DNA of 64,000 nt, taken from sequence record ON528742; one strand, given 5' to 3'. The stretch is from Shigella phage ESh32. Positions 41,258 to 51,859 of the stretch are shown here, piece by piece (within the stretch, counting starts at the first letter, position 1; every line of letters starts with the position of its first letter). The position numbers and the translations under genes are program-made. Below the pieces are notes generated by a model. The model was not told the origin of the DNA. It ran no database searches and saw nothing but the letters and a program-made list of their open reading frames with translations.

Positions 41258-42717
41258 TTCTTAAAATTCTGAACGAAATAGCATCTATTGGTTCAACTAA
41301 GCAGAAGCAAGCAATTCTTGAAAAGAATAAAGATAATGAATTGCTTAAACGAGTATATCGTCTGACTTATTCTCGTGGGTTACAGTATTATATCAAGAAA
41401 TGGCCTAAACCTGGTATTGCTACCCAGAGTTTTGGAATGTTGACTCTTACCGATATGCTTGACTTCATTGAATTCACGTTAGCTACTCGGAAATTGACCG
41501 GAAATGCGGCAATTGAGGAATTAACTGGATATATTGCTGACGGTAAAAAAGATGATGTTGAAGTTTTGCGTCGGGTGATGATGCGAGACCTTGAATGCGG
41601 TGCTTCAGTATCTATTGCAAACAAAGTTTGGCCAGGTTTAATTCCTGAACAACCTCAAATGCTGGCAAGTTCTTATGATGAAAAGGGCATTAGTAAGAAT
41701 ATCAAATTTCCAGCCTTTGCACAGTTAAAAGCAGATGGAGCCCGGTGTTTTGCTGAAGTTAGAGGCGATGAATTAGATGATGTTCGTCTTTTATCACGAG
41801 CTGGTAATGAATATCTAGGATTAGATCTTCTTAAGGAAGAATTAATCAAAATGACTGCTGAAGCCCGCCAGATTCATCCAGAAGGTGTGTTAATTGATGG
41901 CGAATTGGTATACCATGAGCAAGTTGAAAAGGAACCAGAAGGCCTAGATTTTCTTTTTGATGCTTATCCTGAAATTAGTAAAGCTAAAGAATTCGCCGAA
42001 GTAGCTGAATCACGTACTACTTCTAATGGAATCGCTAATAAATCTTTAAAGGGAACCATTTCTGAAAAAGAAGCTCAATGCATGAAGTTTCAGGTCTGGG
42101 ATTATGTCCCGTTGGTAGAAATATACGGTCTTCCTGCATTTCGTTTGAAATATGATGTACGTTTTTCTAAACTAGAACAAATGACATCAGGTTATGATAA
42201 AGTAATTTTAATTGAAAACCAGGTAGTAAATAACCTAGATGAAGCTAAGGTAATTTATAAAAAGTATATTGACCAAGGTCTTGAAGGTATTATTCTCAAA
42301 AATATCGATGGATTATGGGAAAATGCTCGTTCAAAAAATCTTTATAAATTTAAAGAAGTAATTGATGTTGATTTAAAAATTGTAGGAATTTATCCTCACC
42401 GTAAAGACCCTACTAAAGCGGGTGGATTTATTCTTGAGTCAGAGTGTGGAAAAATTAAAGTAAATGCTGGTTCAGGCTTAAAAGATAAAGCTGGTGTAAA
42501 ATCGCATGAACTTGACCGTACTCGCATTATGGAAAACCAAAATTATTATATTGGAAAAATTCTAGAGTGCGAATGCAACGGTTGGTTAAAATCTGATGGC
42601 CGCACTGATTACGTTAAATTATTTCTTCCGATTGCGATTCGTTTACGTGAAGATAAAACTAAAGCTAATACATTCGAGGATGTATTTGGCGATTTTCATG
42701 AGGTAACTGGTTTATGA
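41254..42717 (+). CDS. 30: ATP-dependent DNA ligase gp30 (487 aa)
   Basis: MILKILNEIASIGSTKQKQAILEKNKDNELLKRVYRL...; adenylation motif KADGAR; 487 aa as T4 ligase. Confidence 0.95.
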   Translation: MILKILNEIASIGSTKQKQAILEKNKDNELLKRVYRLTYSRGLQYYIKKWPKPGIATQSFGMLTLTDMLDFIEFTLATRKLTGNAAIEELTGYIADGKKDDVEVLRRVMMRDLECGASVSIANKVWPGLIPEQPQMLASSYDEKGISKNIKFPAFAQLKADGARCFAEVRGDELDDVRLLSRAGNEYLGLDLLKEELIKMTAEARQIHPEGVLIDGELVYHEQVEKEPEGLDFLFDAYPEISKAKEFAEVAESRTTSNGIANKSLKGTISEKEAQCMKFQVWDYVPLVEIYGLPAFRLKYDVRFSKLEQMTSGYDKVILIENQVVNNLDEAKVIYKKYIDQGLEGIILKNIDGLWENARSKNLYKFKEVIDVDLKIVGIYPHRKDPTKAGGFILESECGKIKVNAGSGLKDKAGVKSHELDRTRIMENQNYYIGKILECECNGWLKSDGRTDYVKLFLPIAIRLREDKTKANTFEDVFGDFHEVTGL

Positions 42718-42902
42718 AAGCTTACTTAGAAACAATTGTCATTGCTCAAAAAGAAGGTGGAGATGTTTCTACTTCTGTATCACAAGTCATTCTCGAATTT
42801 GTAGATGCATATGCTTACAATAAATTTACAGAAACATTTGATGCCTATGAAAAAGGACCAAAGTTTGAAATATATCGTACTCTCTTACCACTAGATTACT
42901 AA
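42714..42902 (+). CDS. hypothetical protein (62 aa)
   Basis: ORF track; ATGA coupling to ligase. Confidence 0.45.
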   Translation: MKAYLETIVIAQKEGGDVSTSVSQVILEFVDAYAYNKFTETFDAYEKGPKFEIYRTLLPLDY

Positions 42903-42924
42903 AGGCCTTCGGGCCTTTAATTTT
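42901..42924 (+). terminator. possible terminator (AAAGGCC-UUCG-GGCCUUU + A/U-rich tail)
   Basis: 7-bp stem, UUCG loop; tail AATTTTA is not a clean U-run. Confidence 0.45.
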
Positions 42925-42954
42925 ATAAATAGAATAAACACTAGAGAGGCTATG

Positions 42955-45048
42955 ATGGAACTTATTACAGAATTATTTGACGAAGATACTACTCTTCCGA
43001 TTACAAACTTAAATCCAAAGAAGAAAATACCACAAATTTTTTCAGTTCATGTTGATGATGCAATTGAACAACCAGGCTTTCGTTTATGTACATATACATC
43101 TGGAGGTGATACTAATCGCGATTTAAAAATGGGCGACAAAATGATGCACATTGTTCCTTTTACATTAACTGCTAAAGGTTCAATTGCTAAATTAAAAGGT
43201 CTTGGTCCAAGCCCAATTAATTATATCAATTCAGTTTTTACTGTTGCAATGCAAACAATGCGTCAATATAAAATTGATGCTTGTATGCTTCGTATTCTTA
43301 AGTCTAAAACTGCTGGCCAAGCTCGACAAATTCAAGTTATTGCTGATAGACTTATCCGTAGTCGTTCAGGTGGCAGATACGTCCTTCTTAAGGAACTCTG
43401 GGATTACGATAAAAAGTATGCATATATTCTTATACATCGTAAAAATGTATCACTAGAAGACATTCCAGGAGTTCCAGAAATTAGCACCGAGCTCTTTACT
43501 AAAGTTGAATCGAAGGTCGGTGATGTTTATATCAATAAAGATACTGGAGCTCAAGTAACCAAAAATGAGGCAATTGCTGCATCTATTGCACAAGAAAATG
43601 ATAAACGTTCTGACCAAGCCGTAATCATTAAAGTTAAAATTTCCCGTAGAGCAATTGCACAAAGTCAGTCATTGGAATCTTCTAGATTTGAAAGTGAATT
43701 ATTCCAGAAGTATGAATCTACAGCAGCTAATTTTAATAAACCAGCTACTGCACCTTTAATTCCCGAAGCAGAAGAAATGAAAATTGGAATTAATTCATTA
43801 GCTTCTAAAACAAAGGCAGCAAAAATTATTGCTGAAGGAACGGCAGATGAACTTCACTATGATTATAAATTCTTTCCAATGAGTCAAGTCGGTGAAGTTT
43901 CAGAAAAAATTAAAGAAGTAATTTTTAATGCAATTAAAAATGAACCAACTACTTCAATAAAATGTTTAGAGAAATACGCAGCAGCTGTAAATCAATTCTT
44001 TGAAGATTATAAAGATAAATGGCTTGCTAATCATAATAAAAATCGTAAAGGACAACCAGATGAAGTCTGGGAAGAAATAACTAAAAATTCCTGGAACGCA
44101 GCAAAAACTAAATTCCTCAAACGAATGATTTACAGTTTTTCTGGAATTGGTGCTGGTCCAATGATTGATATTACTATTGCCCGCGATGGTTCTAAATATA
44201 CTCCATCACAAAAGCGTGGCATTAGAGAATATTGCGGTTCAGGATATACTGACATCAATAATCTTCTTTTAGGTCGTTACAATCCAGAACGATATGATGT
44301 AATGAGTGAAAAAGAAATTGAATCTGCTATAAATAACTTAGATTCAGCTTTTGAAAATGGTGACCGCATACCGGAAGGCATCACAGTTTATCGTGCTCAA
44401 AGTATGACTGCTCCTATATATGAAGCGTTAGTTAAAAATAAAGTGTTCTACTTCAGAAATTTTGTATCTACTTCTTTAACTCCTATCATTTTTGGACGTT
44501 TTGGAATCACACATGCTGGTATTGGTCTTTTAGAACCAGAAGCTCGCAATGAATTAACAGTTGATAAAAATGAAGAAGGAATAACTATTAATCCAAACGA
44601 AATAAGAGCGTATAAAGAAAATCCTGAATACGTTAAAGTTCAAATAGGATGGGCAATTGATGGAGCTCATAAAGTTAATGTTGTATATCCAGGAAGTCTC
44701 GGAATAGCAACAGAAGCTGAAGTTATTCTACCACGCGGATTGATGGTCAAAGTTAATAAAATAACTGATGCTTCTAATAATGACGGAACAACATCTAATA
44801 ATACAAAACTCATTCAAGCTGAAGTTATGACCACGGAAGAGCTCACCGAATCGGTAATCTATGACGGAGACCATTTAATGGAAACTGGTGAATTGGTTGC
44901 AATGACAGGTGATATTGAAATAGAAGACAGAGTTGACTTTGCATCATTTGTTTCATCAAATGTTAAACAGAAAGTAGAATCATCTCTTGGAATTATTGCG
45001 TCTTGCATAGATATTACAAACATGCCTTACAAGTTCGTTCAAGGATAA
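42955..45048 (+). CDS. alt: Alt-family ADP-ribosyltransferase, paralog 1 (697 aa), with N-terminal capsid-targeting sequence
   Basis: N-terminus MELITELFD...NLNPKKKIPQIF; C-terminal ART motifs Y-R (VYRAQ), STS (FVSTSL), ExE (EAEVILPRG); SD GAGAGG. Confidence 0.8.
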   Translation: MELITELFDEDTTLPITNLNPKKKIPQIFSVHVDDAIEQPGFRLCTYTSGGDTNRDLKMGDKMMHIVPFTLTAKGSIAKLKGLGPSPINYINSVFTVAMQTMRQYKIDACMLRILKSKTAGQARQIQVIADRLIRSRSGGRYVLLKELWDYDKKYAYILIHRKNVSLEDIPGVPEISTELFTKVESKVGDVYINKDTGAQVTKNEAIAASIAQENDKRSDQAVIIKVKISRRAIAQSQSLESSRFESELFQKYESTAANFNKPATAPLIPEAEEMKIGINSLASKTKAAKIIAEGTADELHYDYKFFPMSQVGEVSEKIKEVIFNAIKNEPTTSIKCLEKYAAAVNQFFEDYKDKWLANHNKNRKGQPDEVWEEITKNSWNAAKTKFLKRMIYSFSGIGAGPMIDITIARDGSKYTPSQKRGIREYCGSGYTDINNLLLGRYNPERYDVMSEKEIESAINNLDSAFENGDRIPEGITVYRAQSMTAPIYEALVKNKVFYFRNFVSTSLTPIIFGRFGITHAGIGLLEPEARNELTVDKNEEGITINPNEIRAYKENPEYVKVQIGWAIDGAHKVNVVYPGSLGIATEAEVILPRGLMVKVNKITDASNNDGTTSNNTKLIQAEVMTTEELTESVIYDGDHLMETGELVAMTGDIEIEDRVDFASFVSSNVKQKVESSLGIIASCIDITNMPYKFVQG

Positions 45049-45051
45049 ATC

Positions 45052-47109
45052 ATGGAACTTATTACAGAATTATTTGACGGCGCTTCGGCGCCGGTTGTTA
45101 ACTTAAATCCTAAGCATAAAATACCACAAATTTTTGCTATTCAAGCCGGTGAAGAAAGCGTGCTTCCTGGATTTAGATTTTGTACATACACCTCTGGCGG
45201 TGATACGAATAAAAACGTTAAGCCAGGCGACAAAATGATGCATATCGTAATGATAGGCGTCAACGAGAAATTATCGTTAGTTAAGCTTAAAAACTTGGGT
45301 GGAAATCCAATTGGCGTCATTAATGCGGTTTTTGATACTGCTCTTCAAACAATGAAACAGTATAAAATTGATGCATGCCTATTCCGCGTACTAAAAAGTA
45401 AAACAAACGGCGCTGCTCGTCAAATGCAAGTTATTGCTGACCGTTTAGTACGTACTAAAGGAGCAGGTCGATATGTTCTTTTAAAGGAAATCTGGGACTA
45501 TGATAAGAAATATGCATATATTATGGTTTACCGTAAAAATGCCAATTTAGAAGACATTCCAGGTGTACCTCCTATTTCAACTGAGTTATTCACAAAAGTT
45601 GAATCAAAGGTTGGTGATGTTTATGTAGACGTTAAAACAGGTAATGCTGTTCCTAAAGCTGTCGCAGTTGCTGCTTCTATTGCTTTAGAAAATGATAAGC
45701 GTACGGATCAAGCTGTTATTCAGAAAACTAAAATTAGCCGTCGATTAGCAGCACAAGCTCAATATTCTACTGTTGATGCTTCACTTCAGGGTGATAGCTT
45801 CGCTGCTAAGAAATATCAAGAGTTTGAATCTAAAGTTCCGGTATATAAAGCAGAAGGACCAATGAACTCTGGCGTTATTCAGATTGGTTCAAACTTCAGC
45901 AAAGGAGCTATCGGTGGTATGAGAAGTGCTTCTCGTTTTAAATCTAACGATTATGAACTAGAAAGCTTCCGAAATCATATTGCATTAGCCCATGCACGTT
46001 TACGTGATCCGTCTATCAGACTGCAGAGCGATATAACACATCAAGGTTCTCAAGAATATTTAAAGAATAAAGAATTCTTTGATTATAAAACCGATAAAAT
46101 TTTGAGCGATCTCGCTGACATTAATATTTCTAATAGCTTTGATGTTATTAAGAAAATTATCAATGATTTAGTTAAAGGTTCTAAAGCCGCACCAGACGAA
46201 AAGGTAGCTATTATTCAATTTGTCATGAATGGCATTTATAAATTGATTAATGAATCTGCTGCTCAGGCATATGAATACGCAAGCACCGAAGTAACTCCAA
46301 AAGGATTAACTCAGGCTGAGTCTGATGTAATTGAAGATTATTGTGCAGATTCATATGTTGAAATGAACTCGTTCCTTTTAGGTAAACCGGATTCTACCCG
46401 TGAAGAATACATGGAACGAGCTATTAAACACATCGAGACAATGGATTCTGCATTCGCCAAAGGATCAGTTCTTCCTCCGGGAACTACGCTTTATCGTGGT
46501 CAAGAAGTTACTTTTAAAACTTTACGCCATAATATTGAAAATAAAATGTTCTATTTCAAGAACTTCGTATCAACATCGCTTAAACCAAATATCTTCGGTG
46601 AGCATGGTAAAAACTATATGGCTCTAGATGATTCCGGTGCAGTATTTTCTGGTGAAGGAGAAGGTTCCGTTGATGCCGAAGATTTAATGCATATGGGTAG
46701 TCATTCTGCATATGCTAATGAAGATGCTGAAACTAGTGTAGGTATGGTAATTAAAGGGGCTGAGCGAATCAAAGTTATCGTTCCAGGTCATTTATCAGGA
46801 TTTCCATCAGAAGCTGAAGTTATTCTACCGCGTGGAATTTTGTTGAAGATTAATAAAGTAAGCACGTACATGATGAAAGAAACTGCTTATAACAAGTATC
46901 TAATCGAAGGCACAATCGTTCCTCCTTCTGAACAATTAGAAGAATCGGTATATGATGGCGACCATCTAATGGAAACTGGTGAAGTTCGTCCAATGGCTGG
47001 GTTTAATCAATTCCTTGTAGAAGAATCAAAAGAAGAGGAAAACGAAGTTTCTCAAATCTTGGCTTCTTTGGTTAACATCAACGGAATGTCTAAAAAGTTC
47101 AAGATGTAG
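45052..47109 (+). CDS. Alt-family ADP-ribosyltransferase, paralog 2 (685 aa)
   Basis: Same N-terminal targeting sequence and first ~230 aa closely similar to paralog 1; ART motifs LYRGQ, FVSTSL, EAEVILPRG intact; central/C-terminal regions diverged. Confidence 0.75.
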   Translation: MELITELFDGASAPVVNLNPKHKIPQIFAIQAGEESVLPGFRFCTYTSGGDTNKNVKPGDKMMHIVMIGVNEKLSLVKLKNLGGNPIGVINAVFDTALQTMKQYKIDACLFRVLKSKTNGAARQMQVIADRLVRTKGAGRYVLLKEIWDYDKKYAYIMVYRKNANLEDIPGVPPISTELFTKVESKVGDVYVDVKTGNAVPKAVAVAASIALENDKRTDQAVIQKTKISRRLAAQAQYSTVDASLQGDSFAAKKYQEFESKVPVYKAEGPMNSGVIQIGSNFSKGAIGGMRSASRFKSNDYELESFRNHIALAHARLRDPSIRLQSDITHQGSQEYLKNKEFFDYKTDKILSDLADINISNSFDVIKKIINDLVKGSKAAPDEKVAIIQFVMNGIYKLINESAAQAYEYASTEVTPKGLTQAESDVIEDYCADSYVEMNSFLLGKPDSTREEYMERAIKHIETMDSAFAKGSVLPPGTTLYRGQEVTFKTLRHNIENKMFYFKNFVSTSLKPNIFGEHGKNYMALDDSGAVFSGEGEGSVDAEDLMHMGSHSAYANEDAETSVGMVIKGAERIKVIVPGHLSGFPSEAEVILPRGILLKINKVSTYMMKETAYNKYLIEGTIVPPSEQLEESVYDGDHLMETGEVRPMAGFNQFLVEESKEEENEVSQILASLVNINGMSKKFKM

Positions 47110-47138
47110 TTTACAAGTCCCTCGTGTTGTGTTATAGT
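47109..47138 (+). promoter_or_regulatory. T4-type early promoter: -35 GTTTAC 47109-47114, -10 TATAGT 47133-47138
   Basis: Motif read directly; identical to alc promoter. Confidence 0.55.
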
Positions 47139-47162
47139 AGTCTTACTGACATAACATGAGGA
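47109..47162 (+). repeat. 54-bp promoter/leader cassette, copy B (identical to 31786-31839)
   Basis: Exact 54-nt identity with copy A, including -35 GTTTAC and -10 TATAGT and SD GAGGA. Confidence 0.8.
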
Positions 47163-47169
47163 ACGCAAA

Positions 47170-47460
47170 ATGAAATCTTCTTTACGCTTTTTAGGTCAAG
47201 AACTTGTAGTTGAAGGCGTTATTCCTGCTGATAACGCTTTTAATGAAGCAGTTTACGATGAATTTATCAAAATTTTTGGAACAGATAAAAAGTTCGGAAT
47301 TTTTCCTTCTGAAAATTTTTCAAAGCCAGAGCAGACTGAAAGCATTTTCCAAGGTGTAGTAACAGGTAAATTTGAGTCAGAAGCTCCGGTAAAAATTGAA
47401 GTTTATATTGAAGACAGTTTAGTTGCTTCAGTTGCTGCTTTTATTTCATTCCGTAAATAA
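47170..47460 (+). CDS. hypothetical protein (96 aa)
   Basis: ORF track; driven by duplicated promoter cassette. Confidence 0.5.
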   Translation: MKSSLRFLGQELVVEGVIPADNAFNEAVYDEFIKIFGTDKKFGIFPSENFSKPEQTESIFQGVVTGKFESEAPVKIEVYIEDSLVASVAAFISFRK

Positions 47461-47466
47461 AAATAT

Positions 47467-47484
47467 GGGGACCTTTCGGTCCCC
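47467..47484. terminator. hairpin/terminator between convergent genes (GGGGACC-UUUC-GGUCCCC)
   Basis: Perfect 7-bp stem located between the + strand 96-aa ORF and minus-strand gene 54. Confidence 0.5.
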
Positions 47485-47488
47485 ATTG

Positions 47489-48454
47489 TTATATTGCTCC
47501 TAATATTTTACTTTGCGAATTGACAATTCCCGTCATAGTATTAATGTTTGAAATGCTTCCAGCAGTTCCACCTAATCTACTAAGTCGTGAAAGCGAATTA
47601 GATAATCCAGTAACACCTCCACTATTTCCGAGAACGCTTTGAATGCCATTTATAGCAGCAGATTCAAGCCACTCAAGCGCAGCTTGTCTATCAACTGCTC
47701 CAGCCTGCATGACTCTATACGCAAAAGTAACATCAAACGTAGTTATTTGGTTATCTCCATCATATGATAACTCAGGAGCGCTCACTGACATTGGAATGCA
47801 TCCGGTGAACATCACTGCAGTATGAGGTAATCCATTACGAGCATGAAGATTAACCTGAATATCTGCCTCGACATCTTGTGGCAAAGCACGCAGTCCAGTT
47901 ACTGGGTCTTGAACAGCGTTAACCCAGTCTTGCATTGCACGATAGTTACAAGCTTCTGAATCCATTCTAAATGAAATAACCAAAGGGTCTAATTCTCTCC
48001 CAGTTATACGAATATTAGGAGAGTTATAGTTCCAGTCAGTTTCATAGGATAATCTATTCTCTGGCATTTTTACAGAATATATCATCAATCCAGATGAGTT
48101 ATATGCCATGTTAAAGAAGTCAATTAAATATGTACCAACTGTAAATGAACCTAATAAACTTTGAACTGTGCGTTGACTCATTGCACCAATAAGATATTTA
48201 CTAACCCCTGATTTTCTTATCAGTTTTTGTGTACCAGCAGTAATTAGCGTGGTAATTCCCTGATTAATATCGCCTTGAGTCAATCCTAACCAGTCTGAAT
48301 TTAGCCCCAAGTTGTTATAAGCAAAGTTACTAATTGAGCTTATTAATGATGAGCTTTTAGTTGATGGAGTAGTGGCAAAAACGCAGCTAAACATATTATT
48401 ACGTTGGAAGTCTGCGTTTATTGCTTGGTTATTAAATTCCTCTAAAGAATACAT
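47489..48454 (-). CDS. 54: baseplate tail-tube initiator gp54 (321 aa)
   Basis: MYSLEEFNNQAINADFQRNNMFSCVFATTPSTKSS...; size and synteny 54-48-29. Confidence 0.9.
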   Translation of the reverse strand: MYSLEEFNNQAINADFQRNNMFSCVFATTPSTKSSSLISSISNFAYNNLGLNSDWLGLTQGDINQGITTLITAGTQKLIRKSGVSKYLIGAMSQRTVQSLLGSFTVGTYLIDFFNMAYNSSGLMIYSVKMPENRLSYETDWNYNSPNIRITGRELDPLVISFRMDSEACNYRAMQDWVNAVQDPVTGLRALPQDVEADIQVNLHARNGLPHTAVMFTGCIPMSVSAPELSYDGDNQITTFDVTFAYRVMQAGAVDRQAALEWLESAAINGIQSVLGNSGGVTGLSNSLSRLSRLGGTAGSISNINTMTGIVNSQSKILGAI

Positions 48455-49548
48455 TAGAAAGTCCCCGTATATAAAGAAGCACGGTTTAACGTGATAATCT
48501 CTCTCATAGTAATCTCGAGTGTAAAAGAACTTGGAAGGTTAGGAGCAATAGCTAATCCGTTAAAATTACCATTCGGAGTTTTATCAAATCTAATACTTTG
48601 AATTTGACACGGTCCAAACACTTCTGTTTTTCCGTCAAATTTAGAAGTTGCGCCAAAGTTTTTAACCATCCAAATTGTCGGGTTTGAAACTACAAGAACG
48701 TTAGTTAAACTCGATGTCATTTTCTCAAATAACGTCTTATTTTTAACTGCATCTTCTGGAGTTAATGGCTCAATAAAAGTAGAGCGATACCACTCATCTA
48801 GATATCCTTTTATTTCAGCAGCATATTGAGATTTACCCGTTTCACCATAAGAAAAATAGTTAAAATATTGATAGATATTAATAATAGCCATTAAATCTTC
48901 CGTTGAACGCGGAGTCAAATCCCAAGTGAACACTTTAGTTCTATTCTCAGCACCACCATACATACTTCTGGCTGTCGTATAAATCTGTTCATTATTATCA
49001 GCCATTATACCTTGTGTTATACTTTCCAGTGCTCCAAATACTGCAGTTGAAGCCATATTGCTTAACACACCAGTAGCAGTACCTCCACCTTTTGTAATAA
49101 GACTATCTTGAACATCGTTAAATCTATGTGATGATGTATCAACATCGGATTTAGATCTCGGTAAAAGAATATTTGCAACAGGAACTTTACTTATTGTTCC
49201 TGAATTATTATCTGATATTAATCCATTTGACAGTTTTGATACTGTATTACTGATAGTGTTTCTGGCTGTACGTAAAATACTAGAAGATGAAGAAGAGTAG
49301 TTAGATCTCATCGTTCTGAGACTTCCAGAATCCCTAGATGACATATTGTATGCAGTAAATAATAATCCATTCTTATATAGATCTGTTACCTGGAAGTCCC
49401 CTGTAGTGTCATTTCCACTAGCACGCCCAGTTGGAAACTGGGCTGTGTATGTTTTAGTTCCTACTTCTGATTTAGTACTCTGTCCAGCTGAAATTGTCTC
49501 GCCAGACTTTTTAATTAAATCAGCAGTTATTTCTTTAACAATTGCCAT
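48454..49548 (-). CDS. 48: baseplate tail-tube junction protein gp48 (364 aa)
   Basis: MAIVKEITADLIKKSGETISAGQSTKSEVGTKTYTAQF...; 364 aa. Confidence 0.9.
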   Translation of the reverse strand: MAIVKEITADLIKKSGETISAGQSTKSEVGTKTYTAQFPTGRASGNDTTGDFQVTDLYKNGLLFTAYNMSSRDSGSLRTMRSNYSSSSSSILRTARNTISNTVSKLSNGLISDNNSGTISKVPVANILLPRSKSDVDTSSHRFNDVQDSLITKGGGTATGVLSNMASTAVFGALESITQGIMADNNEQIYTTARSMYGGAENRTKVFTWDLTPRSTEDLMAIINIYQYFNYFSYGETGKSQYAAEIKGYLDEWYRSTFIEPLTPEDAVKNKTLFEKMTSSLTNVLVVSNPTIWMVKNFGATSKFDGKTEVFGPCQIQSIRFDKTPNGNFNGLAIAPNLPSSFTLEITMREIITLNRASLYTGTF

Positions 49549-49556
49549 ATTATTCC

Positions 49557-51329
49557 TTAATTAACTCCAGTCGCGCCAAATACACCAGGAGCAGTTGTAC
49601 TCGTAACAGGTGTCATATTATGAACGACAGTATTTTTCTTAATAACATTATTAGTATTATTGATTGAAGGAGATGCTTGTTGAACAGGAGCTTGTTGCGC
49701 TTTGTTCTTTTCTATTACCTGGACTTGTTTTGCTTCTGGCGATTTAGCAGAAGTTTCAGGTTTGGCCTCAGGTTGATTTTTCTTAAGCTCTTGATAAGTA
49801 GCATCAATTTTAGCAAATCTAGAAGCAAGCTCCTTTTTAACTGCAGGTGAATTATTTAAATCCGGGTCATTCATCCGTTTTTTAAGGTCTTCATGAGCGG
49901 CTTCAATTGATTTAACTGTTGAGTCTTTACTCATATCAGCTGAATCGGCATATTTTTCAAAACGAATCATCGCAGCACGAGCTTCATTAGCCTTCATTAA
50001 AGCGTTTTTTCTTTCTTCTGGTGAAAGTTGCTTTAATTTTTCTTCTTCTGCTGCGCGTTCTTCATCGGTTGTCAATGCTTCTTTATTATCAACACCACGA
50101 ATCCAGTTAGATGCACGGGTTTTCCAATTAGCAATTTTATCTAATCCTTTTGCTATTGGACCAAGATCGTCATTCATTCGTTTATCTTGATAATTTGCTA
50201 CTTTTTCTTGGTCTTCTTTATTGAGAGATGCTCCAGTAGAATTTTGGAAATTTTCTAATGCTCTTCCTTCTACTTCATCAGCGGTATCCTTCATACCAGG
50301 AATAACTCGAAGAATTGCTGCTGATAATTTAGCCATTCCAAGTTGAATAAGTTCTCCTAAATTATAAAGAACACTTCCAAGTCCTTCCACAATAGCTACT
50401 GTCAATCCACCCCAGTCTCCAGCTTCCCAGAACTTTTTAATTTCATCAATAGATTCAAAGATGCTCTGTAATAAAGGACCCCAAGTTCCGGTTTCGCTTG
50501 AAAAAGTTTTAAAATCAGTGCTAAACAAATCCCAGGCTTTTGAAAATTTATCTGACCAATATTTAAAATGAACCATCAGTAGGTCTATTCCAATAACAAC
50601 AGCCATTATTAATGCAACCATTTTAGCAGCTTCAATAGCAGCACTGACAGTATACTTAAATAGCATGCTTGATATTTTATCAGTAATTGAAATAGATTTC
50701 TTAAATCCGAAATCAACTGTCTTTGTTAATTTATCTAAAGCATTAGATATTTTTAAGTTAAATGCGTCTCTTTTTTGCTTCTCTTCTGGAGACTCTTGTT
50801 TTGGTTCAATTGGCTGAGGAGTAGGGAAAAAATCAGCATCAGGATCATTATTAACTGCTTCAGGAGCCGGTAATAAAGGACCCACAGATTCAGCTGTATC
50901 ATCCTCGACGACTTTAACAGGAATAGCATTTTCGACTACTGCTAAACTCGTTCCAGTTTGCTGAATTCCAGCTGTCTGAATTTTTTGTTCCAGTAAACTT
51001 GTTAATTTATCTAATTTGCTTCCGAGCGATTCACCGATTTCTTTATTAATATTGTTTCCAATTTCAACAGTTTCAGCAATTAACTCAGAACCGGCAGTAG
51101 TATCACTTACTGCGCTTTCTACATTGTCAATTGCTCCAATTATTTCATTCGATTTTTCTTCGACAGTTTGAGCAATTAATTCAGAAGCAGCTTGAGCATC
51201 ATCCAATTTCGTAGATATATCGTTAAGTCCAGATAAAGTATTGGAAGCGGATTTAGCCGCTTCCTGAACTGGTTTATTATCTGAAATAACTTTTCTACGC
51301 ATCGTTTGCATTTCTTGTGGCTTTTTCAT
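49557..51329 (-). CDS. 29: tail tape-measure / baseplate hub protein gp29 (590 aa)
   Basis: 590 aa, low-complexity coiled regions; synteny. Confidence 0.9.
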   Translation of the reverse strand: MKKPQEMQTMRRKVISDNKPVQEAAKSASNTLSGLNDISTKLDDAQAASELIAQTVEEKSNEIIGAIDNVESAVSDTTAGSELIAETVEIGNNINKEIGESLGSKLDKLTSLLEQKIQTAGIQQTGTSLAVVENAIPVKVVEDDTAESVGPLLPAPEAVNNDPDADFFPTPQPIEPKQESPEEKQKRDAFNLKISNALDKLTKTVDFGFKKSISITDKISSMLFKYTVSAAIEAAKMVALIMAVVIGIDLLMVHFKYWSDKFSKAWDLFSTDFKTFSSETGTWGPLLQSIFESIDEIKKFWEAGDWGGLTVAIVEGLGSVLYNLGELIQLGMAKLSAAILRVIPGMKDTADEVEGRALENFQNSTGASLNKEDQEKVANYQDKRMNDDLGPIAKGLDKIANWKTRASNWIRGVDNKEALTTDEERAAEEEKLKQLSPEERKNALMKANEARAAMIRFEKYADSADMSKDSTVKSIEAAHEDLKKRMNDPDLNNSPAVKKELASRFAKIDATYQELKKNQPEAKPETSAKSPEAKQVQVIEKNKAQQAPVQQASPSINNTNNVIKKNTVVHNMTPVTSTTAPGVFGATGVN

Positions 51330-51859
51330 TCAAATAATCCAATAATATTGCCAATTCCAGTTATTGAACCATTAGGGCCAGGAATTGCTAAAGTTGTAGA
51401 AATATCATTTGCCCATTTTAATACAAATGCTGGCATCTCAAGAAAATTAATTTCTTTAACTTCATCATTGACCTTAAGCAAGCATTTGGATAACATATCG
51501 CTTACAGTTAAAAATTGTTCAAATTTTCCAGGAGGTCTAAAATAAAATGTATTTCCTTGGTATTGAAATTCCAATCTTTGGCATACATAAACGTCATTAA
51601 TATCATAAGTATAACCATCTATTTCTTTACGAGATTTAATCTTTCCATTAAATTCTAGCAAATGAATAGAAACGAAATCAACTTCTGCCGGTGATAAATT
51701 TGGACAAATAGAATCAATAAGAAGCTTTAAATTTTCATCAGGACCTTTAACATCTTTTAAAATGTTATAATGTTTAAGACCCATCTTAGGAATAGAAACT
51801 TCTTTATTACTTATCGGAAGAACTACTTTCTTCAGTGGTAGTATCAGTTTTAAATTCAT
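51326..51859 (-). CDS. 28: baseplate hub distal subunit gp28 (177 aa)
   Basis: Start taken at [11 protein letters not shown] (ATG at 51857-51859, 177 aa) rather than track M1; overlaps 3' end of gene 27 by 53 nt. Confidence 0.75.
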   Translation of the reverse strand: MNLKLILPLKKVVLPISNKEVSIPKMGLKHYNILKDVKGPDENLKLLIDSICPNLSPAEVDFVSIHLLEFNGKIKSRKEIDGYTYDINDVYVCQRLEFQYQGNTFYFRPPGKFEQFLTVSDMLSKCLLKVNDEVKEINFLEMPAFVLKWANDISTTLAIPGPNGSITGIGNIIGLFE

